Assembly (NCBI GenBank): GCA_965219535.1
Contig: CBDCNV010000001.1
Location: 750,001 to 782,000 of the forward strand
DNA length: 32,000 bases
Direction of reading: 5' to 3'
From: Opitutales bacterium
GTDB taxonomy: Bacteria > Verrucomicrobiota > Verrucomicrobiia > Opitutales > PNEW01
Below, in pieces: positions 18,040 through 26,675 of the stretch (position 1 is its first letter; each line of letters starts with the position of its first letter). The notes beneath the pieces were generated by a model, which worked only from the letters and a program-made list of their open reading frames with translations, made no database searches and was not told where the DNA came from. The position numbers and the translations under genes are program-made.

Positions 18040-18516
18040 ATGGATAATCTAATGCTATTTACGGATGGTAGTGTGAATACGCGGTCCCACATTGGATTCG
18101 GGGCTTATCTTGTGGTATCAGAAAGTGAACTTTTGTCTGATGCGTTAAAGGCGCGCGTGGAAGTGAAAAGATTTGAGCAGACGTCTTCGACGAAACTTGA
18201 ATTACAGACTTTATTATGGGCACTGAGTGATACTCAAGTGTGCGGTCGTAAAGTGAGTGTGTATACGGATTCACAGAACATTATCAGGTTAGAGGGGAGA
18301 CGCGCTCGCCTTGAGGAAAATGATTATCGTTCAAAAAATAATAAGCGCCTCAACAATTATGAGCTCTATCGGGTTTTTTTTAAAATAACCGATGAGCTGG
18401 ACTGTGAATTTGTAAAAGTACGTGGCCATCGAGTATCGAAACAGAAAGATGATATTGATCGTCTTTTTACCCTCGTGGACAGAGCTTCAAGAAATGCGTT
18501 GAGAAGTGAAAATTGA
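18040..18516 (+). CDS. RNase H type-1 / RVT_3-like ribonuclease H family protein
   Basis: 158 aa. The catalytic-position residues appear intact: 'LFTDGSV' (Asp), 'TKLELQTLLWAL' (Glu), 'VSVYTDSQNII' (Asp) and 'VRGHRVS...LFTLVDRASRNA' (His/Asp). Confidence 0.75.
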   Translation: MDNLMLFTDGSVNTRSHIGFGAYLVVSESELLSDALKARVEVKRFEQTSSTKLELQTLLWALSDTQVCGRKVSVYTDSQNIIRLEGRRARLEENDYRSKNNKRLNNYELYRVFFKITDELDCEFVKVRGHRVSKQKDDIDRLFTLVDRASRNALRSEN

Positions 18517-18590
18517 TGACCGGAATTTCAACATCTAAAGTCTCAACAATGATAGGTGCGCAATCACTCTTTTAGTTATCTTTAAGTTTA

Positions 18591-19106
18591 ATGTACTATA
18601 AAGTAGTTGAAAATTTTGGTCCCCAGGTTACGGATAGATGGCAAAGTTATCTCAAATGGAGAGGGCTGAATCTGACCAGCTTTGATTCCGTGGATAATAT
18701 TTTAAAACCTGATCTTTTCACCCCTGAGTCTGAATTAGACTGGGAAAACTGTGTTAATGAAGATTGTAAATTAAGTCTCATCACGAATATCAGCTACGCG
18801 AAAGAAATTCTGGGCCGCTATGATAACACCCTTCTCGTAGGCGTAGAAATTGAACTCGATGAGGGCTATACTTCGAAAGACGGATTGTTGGGTTACGATA
18901 TCATAGACGGTTATTGTGCTGTATCGCTCATTACCAATTGGGGCTCTAATGAGGATGGTTTTATTAGCAATGCTATCTCAGCTAATGGGCTTATGGGTGA
19001 TTTAGGTCAATCCCTGCAGATTCGAGATAGACTCAGGCAGGATTATCCGGAAGATTCACACGCAATGAATTGCGAAGTGTGGGCTATTTACAATGTCGAA
19101 ACTTAA
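18591..19106 (+). CDS. Hypothetical protein (171 aa, acidic, no recognised family)
   Basis: ORF 74 nt downstream of the RNase H-like gene on the same strand. No signal peptide and no motif I can assign. Confidence 0.45.
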   Translation: MYYKVVENFGPQVTDRWQSYLKWRGLNLTSFDSVDNILKPDLFTPESELDWENCVNEDCKLSLITNISYAKEILGRYDNTLLVGVEIELDEGYTSKDGLLGYDIIDGYCAVSLITNWGSNEDGFISNAISANGLMGDLGQSLQIRDRLRQDYPEDSHAMNCEVWAIYNVET

Positions 19107-19232
19107 ACCGTTAGGTAATAGAAGACAATATAAGTGTTTACCAATTCACTTGATCCCATCGATTCATCGAATAGGATCCACACCTGGTAGATGCTTAACC
19201 TTGCGTAAAATCAAATATAACTAAGGATAAAA

Positions 19233-19661
19233 ATGAAAAACACCTGTCAGTCAGTCGCTTTATTAGCCCCGATTATTTTCCTCATAGGCTGCGGTGTAAA
19301 AGAAGCACCGTTAGACACGAACGGAAAGACCCCGCAGCAGGTAATGATGGATTCCTATGTGCTGATATTGGAGGGAAATTATGCAGAGGCACAGAAAAAT
19401 TTCGGTGCTGAATTTATAAATGAATTTATCACTACGAAAAACACGACCTTTGTCGACTATTGCAGTATGACCGATGGCTGGAAGGTAGAGTGGTTAAAAA
19501 CTGAACTGCTTGGCAATGATTATAACGACAACGTTTGGCGTGTCAGGATAATTCCTGACGAAGGCAAGGGTAAACATAACCGCGCCGGAATCGTTCAGGA
19601 TCTCTACCTTATTGACGGGGTGTGGAAGATAGTTTTTTGGGGTCATTATCCAAAGTCATAA
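19233..19661 (+). CDS. Lipoprotein of unknown function
   Basis: 142 aa with an AAGGA Shine-Dalgarno-like sequence upstream. The signal peptide has the lipobox 'IIFLIGC'. Confidence 0.6.
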   Translation: MKNTCQSVALLAPIIFLIGCGVKEAPLDTNGKTPQQVMMDSYVLILEGNYAEAQKNFGAEFINEFITTKNTTFVDYCSMTDGWKVEWLKTELLGNDYNDNVWRVRIIPDEGKGKHNRAGIVQDLYLIDGVWKIVFWGHYPKS

Positions 19662-19669
19662 GACTTATC

Positions 19670-20945
19670 ATGAATATTACGGTTGGGCTACTGCTGATTT
19701 ATTTTTTCAGCGGTAGCGCGATAGTAGCTGGTGAAAACTGGATCGATAGCGACGCTGCAATCGCCGACACGTTGATAATCTCTGCTGACGAACGTGAAAG
19801 ACTGATCGGTCTCGAAAAGCAGGATGTTGTGACGATCAGACCGGTCGCCTTGCCGGTGGGGAAATATCTTGCAGGAGAGAACCACCACCTGGGGTGGCCG
19901 GTAGGGATTAAGGTAGGGGATACACTGTTGTGCGCGTATCACCAGACACTGCGACATCACGGGGATGGGCCTCGCGAGGATGAGAACAGCAGTCGCGCTA
20001 TAGTCGTGCGATCAACCGATGGCGGCGAATCGTGGTCGGATCCGATAGACGTCACGCAATTCGGGAAAAACTCGGAACCGCTGGTTCTCGGTTTCGGTAA
20101 TTGTTTTGGTCTACTCGATAACACAGTGTTTTTTGCGACCACCTATGGATTGTATCGTTCAGAGGATGAAGGAAAAACCTGGACTCTTTTACCCGATGCC
20201 CTGACGCAGAAGCAGACAGGTCACAATTACGGAGCCAGCTTTGGCCCACGCATGATTATTCATCCGGAGATGGGACTCGTTATCGCGGCTGGAGTGACGC
20301 GCACTCCCTTTATTGACATGTATCATTCCAATGATGAAGGCATGACTTGGGTCCATGAGCGATTTTCGCTTACCGATTCGATTCACCCTCTTGAACCGAC
20401 CGCGATGTATCATAATGGCCGCCTCATCTTTGTATCACGCAACCACACTCTTCCCTTTAGAGGACATGGCCTGATTACAATACCGCAGCGACCTGTCATG
20501 TTGGTTTCCTATGACTCACCAGGATCTTTCCAATATCTCCAGTTACCGCTGGCCCGATACGACTGACGTCGACTTCAACCCGGTGACAAATCGCTATGAA
20601 GCTGTCGTTACCAACCGTAGCGGTGGAGCTCTGGATGACGAGCAAAATGAAGAGCACGAGCAAACGGTCAATTTGTGGTCGCTCTCAAAGAGGGATATGT
20701 ACGCGGGACGAGCGGACAAGTGGAGGTTGGAAGCGACTCTTTTAAGACTTGAATCAGGAATGTTGGAACTCGAGCCCGAGAACATTGACGCGGCACATCC
20801 CGGCGGAGGGGTGATCGATGAGGAGAGGGGCGTCCAGCACATCTTCATCTACTGCGGACGATACGCGACGCCTTCCGGGATCTATAGGATAACACGCGTT
20901 CTCGATACAAAGAAACTGAGAAAAGCGGAAGGAGCGATTCGCTAA
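19670..20945 (+). pseudogene. BNR/Asp-box sialidase-like beta-propeller, frameshifted near 20530-20545
   Basis: The likely start is ATG 19670 (signal MNITVGLLLIYFFSGSAIVAGENW), 9 nt after the lipoprotein stop. Asp-boxes are 'RSTDGGESWSDP', 'RSEDEGKTWT' and 'SNDEGMTWV'. ORF 19622-20566 and ORF 20511-20945 overlap by 56 nt in frames one nt apart. Removing one T from tctttcc would give '...VSYDSPGSSNISSYRWPDTTDVDF...'. Confidence 0.65.
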
Positions 20946-20969
20946 CCCCACGAATCATTTAACAAAGCT

Positions 20970-21713
20970 TCATAATTTATTTTTTCGTATGATCCCTTGT
21001 AGATCTATTCTGTCTGCGTGACGTTGATTTGGCGGTTCGAGAATTTCACACTGACGCTCCGTCAGTCCGGGAAAATCATTGGCATTATAGTATTCTGAAG
21101 ACCACGAAATAGAGTGGGGACTGTATTTATAGAATATTGTCCGCCGGTCGTCATTACCACTCCAACTCATTGTCCCATGCGTGAGCGCTTCGGTGAAAAT
21201 TACCGCCGATCCAGCCGATCCTGTGATTGTTTCAACAACTGGTTCCGTATTGTCCGCATCTCGCCATTCCTCGGGAAATGGATAATTGCTCTTATGACTG
21301 CCGGGTACACAGCGGAATCCGCCGTCGCCGGGATTCACATCTTTCAGATTATAAGCAACCACGGTCAGCCCATTACGCATGCGTCCCTGGTGAAAATTAA
21401 AATACTGAGTGGGGTCGAAGGGAAAGCGCGCGGCATGAAGTGTTCTTCCGAGAGGGCCTGAACCTGGTCGCATAATTTCGGCGTAATCATGGTCGAGGCG
21501 GAAGGTTGGGCCAAGCAACTCGGCTAAAAACGGAACGACTGCCGGGTTGTCGATGAGGTTCCTGAAAACTTCTCCCCAGTGTAAGAGATTGATAAACCGG
21601 TGCGCATGCATATTCGGCTCACACTCTTTTTCAATCTGCTCGTCCATGAGCGCGTTCATTTCCGCGACCTGTTCAGCATTTAATGCGTTGGGCACGACAA
21701 TAAAACCTCGCAA
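20970..21713 (-). CDS. PhyH-family oxygenase (paralogue 4) with an atypical H-A-A motif; the N-terminus probably extends upstream of the TTG at 21713
   Basis: 'RLDHDYAEIMRPGSGPLGRTLHAARFPFD', 'GGFRCVPGSHKSNYPFP' and the distal His 'FTEALTHGT'. The frame stays open to 21800. It encodes '...ELIITENEKYIFDLRGF', which aligns with the conserved N-terminal helix of the other three paralogues, but contains only ATT/ATC/ATA codons. Confidence 0.75.
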   Translation of the reverse strand: MRGFIVVPNALNAEQVAEMNALMDEQIEKECEPNMHAHRFINLLHWGEVFRNLIDNPAVVPFLAELLGPTFRLDHDYAEIMRPGSGPLGRTLHAARFPFDPTQYFNFHQGRMRNGLTVVAYNLKDVNPGDGGFRCVPGSHKSNYPFPEEWRDADNTEPVVETITGSAGSAVIFTEALTHGTMSWSGNDDRRTIFYKYSPHSISWSSEYYNANDFPGLTERQCEILEPPNQRHADRIDLQGIIRKNKL

Positions 21714-21873
21714 GTCAAAAATATACTTTTCGTTTTCAGTTATGATAAGTTCCTTCCGGATTTCAAAAGTAAGAATTCGCCCAAAATATGAGTTGTAAAC
21801 TTAATGATTTCAACTCTGTTTTATCGTTTTAAACCCATTTAGTTCATCGCTAAAACGGGTCGAAATTCTTGAG

Positions 21874-23808
21874 TCAAAGCAATCGTCCAACTATACCACC
21901 TTGTAGCGTAGCTTCATGGACGGTCCGCGGTGTGTTCGCGTCTCCAATAGTGTGAATCTCGGGGACAAGACCGCGAAGATCGAGCGCTAATCCATTGCTC
22001 GCGGTAGCGCCGGCAGAAATAATCACGGCGTCAATGTCATCGACGGTGCGCTCTTCGACAAAACGGTTGTGCCGAACAAGACCGCCCTGATTGTCCCAAT
22101 GCACGATGTTTTCCTCTTCATTGAATCTTATCCCGCGGTCATGCAGACGGTTTAGCATCTCTTCACGCGTCATTCCCTCGACTGCGGCCGCGACACGACT
22201 ATCTGGCGTAATAAATTCGACGGTAATTCCCTGATCCGACAGGTAGTCTGTTACGATCAATGCTTCCGTTGTGCCTTTGAAGTCGACGACCAGAACTTTG
22301 TGGACGCTGTGAAGATCGCGAGTCAATGCGTCAGCGACCGTCCAAACTTCCCTTCCGCCGGAAAGTTCAACACGCCTTTGGCTGGATCCGGTGGCGATTA
22401 CCACAGCATCGGGCGCCAGGGAGCGAATGGTTTCCACGGTGGCCGAGCTGCCAAAGCGAATATCGAATTTCCCCTTGTCTGCCTGGCGTTGATAAAATTC
22501 AGCGATGCGGATGAATAGCTGGCGCATCGGGCTTTTCGCGGCAAGGTGCACCTGACCGCCGACCTGATTACTTTTTTCTAAGAGGATGACTTCGTGACCT
22601 CGCGCGTGAGCAGTCATTGCGGCTTCCATCCCGGCGGGACCGGCACCGACTATAACGACGCGCTTTTTCTGTTCCGCGGGTTCAAGCACTGACCAAGCCC
22701 GCTCCCGGCTTGTCACCGGGTTGTATACACAAGTCATTAACTCCCCATCGCCGATACAGGTTTGCAGGCATCGTGTGCAATAGCGAATATCCTCAAGCCG
22801 ATTTTCAATTACTTTAAGCGTGAAATGGGGATCGGCAATATGAGCTTTAGTCATGCAAACGACATCAAGCATCCCGGAGGCTAAGGCTTCTTCAGCCATC
22901 TCGGGGGTGGTAATGCGTCCGGCGTGCATGACGGGTAGCTGAGTTTTACTTTTAATCTTCTGAACGAAGGCGAGCCATTCACCATCCGGGCGCGGCATCG
23001 GCCCGTGATGCAATCCTCCATCACCGGCGGTCAGGCTGATGAAGTCGACAAACCCCATAGCTTCAAGCTGAGTGACAAGTTGCACGTAATCATCAACCGT
23101 CATTCCCTCTTCTTCCTGGTCATCTGCTTTTAAGCGCACGCCGAGCGGCATTTCATCGCCGATCGCTTCGCGCATCTCACTTAAGGTTTCGACGATAAAG
23201 CGCATGCGGTTTTCAAGCGACCCGCCGTATTCATCCGTTCGTTGGTTCCGTATCGGGCTGAGGAATTGGGAGTGAAGAAACCCTTCGTGAGCGTGCAGTT
23301 CTAGACCGTCAATGCCACCAGCTTTGGCACGTGCCGCCGCTTCTCCAAATTTGCGAGACAATTCGCGCAACTCCTCGGCGCTGCGATCCGGGCGCCGGGG
23401 ATTTTGCCGGAAGTGGGGCACAACCTGTGCTCTCATGCCAGTCCGGATGCGTTCATCTGGCGGCACGGGGATAAAATCGTTTATATGAATAAGCTGGGCA
23501 AAAACCTTGGTGCCGTGACGATGACCAGCGTCGGCCAGCATCTGGTAACGCGGGATAATGTCATCAGTGCTATTGTGCATCCAATTATAACTCGCATCAT
23601 ACGTCGGACCCGTAGCGCCGATAACAAAGAGACCGACCCCGCCTTTTGCGCGCTCCTCTATATACGCGGCGAAGTCTTCGTTGGGCAGACCATCTGTAAC
23701 CCACCAACCCGCAAAATGTGCACTGATAGCAATCCGATTTTTGAGCGTAACATTCTTTATCGTGATCGGGTTAAAGCTGTGAGGAAATATGGGGTGTTGT
23801 TTTGGCAT
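21874..23808 (-). CDS. NADH:flavin oxidoreductase of the 2,4-dienoyl-CoA reductase (FadH)/Old Yellow Enzyme family, with a C-terminal FAD/NAD(P)-binding domain
   Basis: The ORF opens at 23841, but ATG 23808 (MPKQHPIFPHSFNPITIKNVTLKNRIAISAH) sits 13 nt after the upstream gene's stop. OYE-type TIM barrel; Cys cluster 'CTRCLQTCIGDGELMTC' (FadH-like 4Fe-4S motif); Rossmann motif 'VVIVGAGPAGMEAAMTAHARGHEVILLEK'. Confidence 0.85.
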   Translation of the reverse strand: MPKQHPIFPHSFNPITIKNVTLKNRIAISAHFAGWWVTDGLPNEDFAAYIEERAKGGVGLFVIGATGPTYDASYNWMHNSTDDIIPRYQMLADAGHRHGTKVFAQLIHINDFIPVPPDERIRTGMRAQVVPHFRQNPRRPDRSAEELRELSRKFGEAAARAKAGGIDGLELHAHEGFLHSQFLSPIRNQRTDEYGGSLENRMRFIVETLSEMREAIGDEMPLGVRLKADDQEEEGMTVDDYVQLVTQLEAMGFVDFISLTAGDGGLHHGPMPRPDGEWLAFVQKIKSKTQLPVMHAGRITTPEMAEEALASGMLDVVCMTKAHIADPHFTLKVIENRLEDIRYCTRCLQTCIGDGELMTCVYNPVTSRERAWSVLEPAEQKKRVVIVGAGPAGMEAAMTAHARGHEVILLEKSNQVGGQVHLAAKSPMRQLFIRIAEFYQRQADKGKFDIRFGSSATVETIRSLAPDAVVIATGSSQRRVELSGGREVWTVADALTRDLHSVHKVLVVDFKGTTEALIVTDYLSDQGITVEFITPDSRVAAAVEGMTREEMLNRLHDRGIRFNEEENIVHWDNQGGLVRHNRFVEERTVDDIDAVIISAGATASNGLALDLRGLVPEIHTIGDANTPRTVHEATLQGGIVGRLL

Positions 23809-23821
23809 CGGTGCAGACTCA

Positions 23822-25639
23822 TTACATTGAAAAAGATACACTCCCGATTCTATCTACTTCACCCATCCCTTTTATTGCCTTACTTCTTAAAGCATCCGCG
23901 GGTATGAAAATTCTTTCTGCGGTTCTCCCAAGGGTGATTACATCACCGGGAAATAAAGTAATATATTGTGTTATATATTCCAGGATCTGCGGAGCCTTAG
24001 CAACATATTCGCTTGTTGCCCCTATAATATTACCAAAGTTTTCAACCGTCAAAGACATGTCTAATGATTCCACCTCGTCACTACCAATTTTTACGGGTTG
24101 ATCTAATACCACGTTAAAGCCATCAGCCCACCTCCCATAAATAGGAGGTAATCCTGTCACATCCGTTTCGGAACGCTCAGCCTTATAGCCAATAGCATCT
24201 TTAAAAGATTCATCACATAGGGAAACCAGGGTCGTGTAACCTAAAATAAAATCATCGCTCTCTTCCGCACTGATCTTCGAAGCGATCTTATTAATGACCA
24301 GGGCAAGTTCTATTCCTATCTTCAAGGAAGTAGCCCTTGGCGGTATTTCAATTATTGAAGAAGAGCTCGCGAGGGAGGACGCAGGTCCGTTTAAAAATCG
24401 GGGACCATAGCTGGCATAGGAATCTCCCTGTTTATCGACAATTTTTTTATAGTTTGCGTATACCGTCCAGTAGTGCCTGACTTTATCTATCTTCCAGTCG
24501 TCGAGCGAATTAATTTCCTTATCCTCAGAATTTAGAACATCTCTTACCGCGGGCGATGAATGTATTAAAGTGTCATCATTTTTTTTATCCCGCCAATCGT
24601 CTTCATCGATGACAATTACCCGATTTTTCAGTGAGCCTACCTTTTCTATCTCCGCCTCGATGTAATCGTCGGGACCAAAATTGACATCGCGTAAGCCATC
24701 TATCCCCATTGTCCCCAGGTGCATGACATCGCCTGGATAAATAGTCGCGAAGGATGTATACCATTGGATTATTCTTTCTATACCCTCAAGCAAATTGCCT
24801 GTATAAGCTCTATCTCTAAATGTTCCCGATTTTCTTGTATAGACGAGTAAATCATAAGGATCTTCAATCTCATCTTTGGTTACAAGATACGGGCCCATCG
24901 GGCACCCCGTATCCGCCTTTTTCCCACACCATGAGGCCGTAGCGCATAATAAATAATCGGCGTCCTGTGGGAGTTTATGCCCGATATTCTTTTTGTTAAT
25001 AGTATTAAAATAACATCCCCCTGCTATATCATTTACCGAGGTATAGCCCGCGACATAATTCATCGCATCATGCCCTTCAATATATCGCCCTTTTTTTCCA
25101 ATAATGATTCCGAATTCTACATTATAGCCCCAGTCCGTTCCATTCTTTGGAATAACTACTGGTTCATCAGGGCCGACGACAGTGCCCTGGCACCGTTGAT
25201 GTCCAAGGGGATAGAAATTAGCGGCGGTTAAATTAGGATTGCTTCTTATAAACCTCGGGCTGTTTCTTACCAGCCCGAAATATAACCGCGGCCTTGGTAT
25301 TGGCGCCTTCACTTTCATCGCCTTTATCGGTTTACCTATCCCTTCAGGGATCGCTGAGTCAGATTGATTGAAGCATTCTTTGAACACTTTTTCTAAGAGA
25401 CTCAAAGCATTCATTCCGTCTTTTTCCAGGGCCAGGAACGAAACCATATCCTGCGGCCACCCGGTCGAGTGTAGGAAATTCAGTTCCTTCAATAATTCCT
25501 GCGCCTCTGGATTATTGATTGAAGCTATATAGTTCTCGCACTCATCGGGTGTAAAAACCCAATCTTCTTCAGCTGTCGGGTGAGCTATCACTATACCCCA
25601 TCGCTCTTTGTTATTAATTTCAAAAGTAGATAAGCGCAT
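23822..25639 (-). CDS. Fumarylacetoacetate hydrolase (FAH)-family protein with two tandem FAH-like domains
   Basis: 605 aa. Domain 1: 'MRLSTFEINNKERWGIVI', 'WGYNVEFGIIIGKKG', 'VAGYTSVNDIAG', 'PMGPYLVTKDEIEDPYDL' and 'IYPGDVMHLGTMG'. Domain 2: 'LKIGIELALVINK', 'ILGYTTLVSLCDESF' and 'LFPGDVITLGRT'. Confidence 0.75.
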   Translation of the reverse strand: MRLSTFEINNKERWGIVIAHPTAEEDWVFTPDECENYIASINNPEAQELLKELNFLHSTGWPQDMVSFLALEKDGMNALSLLEKVFKECFNQSDSAIPEGIGKPIKAMKVKAPIPRPRLYFGLVRNSPRFIRSNPNLTAANFYPLGHQRCQGTVVGPDEPVVIPKNGTDWGYNVEFGIIIGKKGRYIEGHDAMNYVAGYTSVNDIAGGCYFNTINKKNIGHKLPQDADYLLCATASWCGKKADTGCPMGPYLVTKDEIEDPYDLLVYTRKSGTFRDRAYTGNLLEGIERIIQWYTSFATIYPGDVMHLGTMGIDGLRDVNFGPDDYIEAEIEKVGSLKNRVIVIDEDDWRDKKNDDTLIHSSPAVRDVLNSEDKEINSLDDWKIDKVRHYWTVYANYKKIVDKQGDSYASYGPRFLNGPASSLASSSSIIEIPPRATSLKIGIELALVINKIASKISAEESDDFILGYTTLVSLCDESFKDAIGYKAERSETDVTGLPPIYGRWADGFNVVLDQPVKIGSDEVESLDMSLTVENFGNIIGATSEYVAKAPQILEYITQYITLFPGDVITLGRTAERIFIPADALRSKAIKGMGEVDRIGSVSFSM

Positions 25640-25850
25640 ATGTACTTCTGTAATTTGGAAGAATGGATAAAAGGAAAATTAAAAAAATTAAACTTTGATA
25701 AAGTCTACATGTAAAATTTTCGCAGCAAAGGCTAGTCAATAACGTCAAATTGCACTATTACTTTTTCCATTTTACCACACAATGACACCTACAGATAATT
25801 TTATCAATACGCAGCCTGATCCTGATAGCTCAGAACATTAAAATAACGAT

Positions 25851-26237
25851 TTGCCACCATTCATCAATCACCGGCTGAAAACGCGGCAACTGGCCTTTTT
25901 GGCCCTTCTCGCCGCGTGGGTCATCGCGTACTTTAATTCCTACGGTCACCGTCTGACTGGTGATTTCCTGTTGACGATTCAAATGATTCCAGCAGCCGTC
26001 ATTTTTGGATGGTTTATGCTGCCCGCCAACATGTTTAGAGTTATTAATGGAGCTGAACCCAGTGAGTCAATCGTCTGGCCTCTAATTATTGCTTACTGGT
26101 TAATTTTAATTCGCCTCCAGTTTGCATACCTCTGGTCCAAACGGAGCATCACCCTCGTAGTCATACTGTCTATTTTATTGATATCAACGCATGGCTGCTA
26201 TCAATGGGCTAATTATGATTCGTGGACATCGCTGTGA
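25851..26237 (+). CDS. Hypothetical integral membrane protein (about 4 TM helices)
   Basis: 128-aa ORF with a TTG start and four hydrophobic stretches. No family recognised. Confidence 0.4.
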   Translation: MPPFINHRLKTRQLAFLALLAAWVIAYFNSYGHRLTGDFLLTIQMIPAAVIFGWFMLPANMFRVINGAEPSESIVWPLIIAYWLILIRLQFAYLWSKRSITLVVILSILLISTHGCYQWANYDSWTSL

Positions 26238-26252
26238 ATGGATCGCCAGATT

Positions 26253-26609
26253 TTACTTTTTGGTTTCCGCGCCGAAGCACAATTGATTTTCATCTGGATC
26301 ATAAGATATAAAATCTCTCATTCCGTAAGGAGAGTCCCTCGGTTCCGCTTGTATTTTCGCGCCTTTTGATTTTATCTCTTTGCAGTATTCGTCTACTTCG
26401 TCGCAAAAAATATAAATACTTCCTGACCCCGGTAATTTCATATTCGGATTTCCATAGTGTGATAAATGGATCTGAACAGAACCTTTATTCATGCCAGCGT
26501 AATCTCCAAATCTGAATTCTTTTTCAAAGCCCAAAACTTCTCTATAATATTTCAGTGATTTTTCTAAATCCTTTACTGAAAAGACGGTGGCCGCGCATTG
26601 TGTATTCAT
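26253..26609 (-). CDS. Glyoxalase/bleomycin-resistance (VOC) family protein
   Basis: 118 aa. 'FSVKDLEKSLKYYREVLGFEKEF', 'VQIHLSH' and 'PYGMRDFISYDPDENQLCFG' fit the VOC/bleomycin-binding fold. Confidence 0.8.
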   Translation of the reverse strand: MNTQCAATVFSVKDLEKSLKYYREVLGFEKEFRFGDYAGMNKGSVQIHLSHYGNPNMKLPGSGSIYIFCDEVDEYCKEIKSKGAKIQAEPRDSPYGMRDFISYDPDENQLCFGAETKK

Positions 26610-26675
26610 TTTTTAATCTTTGGAATATTAAAACCTAAAGTGTTTTAGTAAAAACTATTAAATTGATCGAGATAA

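Noticed and set aside
25826-25833. tRNA-like 'tagctcag' D-loop string in the 25640-25850 intergenic region
   Set aside because: No acceptor stem, anticodon arm or GTTCRANYC T-loop can be built around it. It is a chance match.
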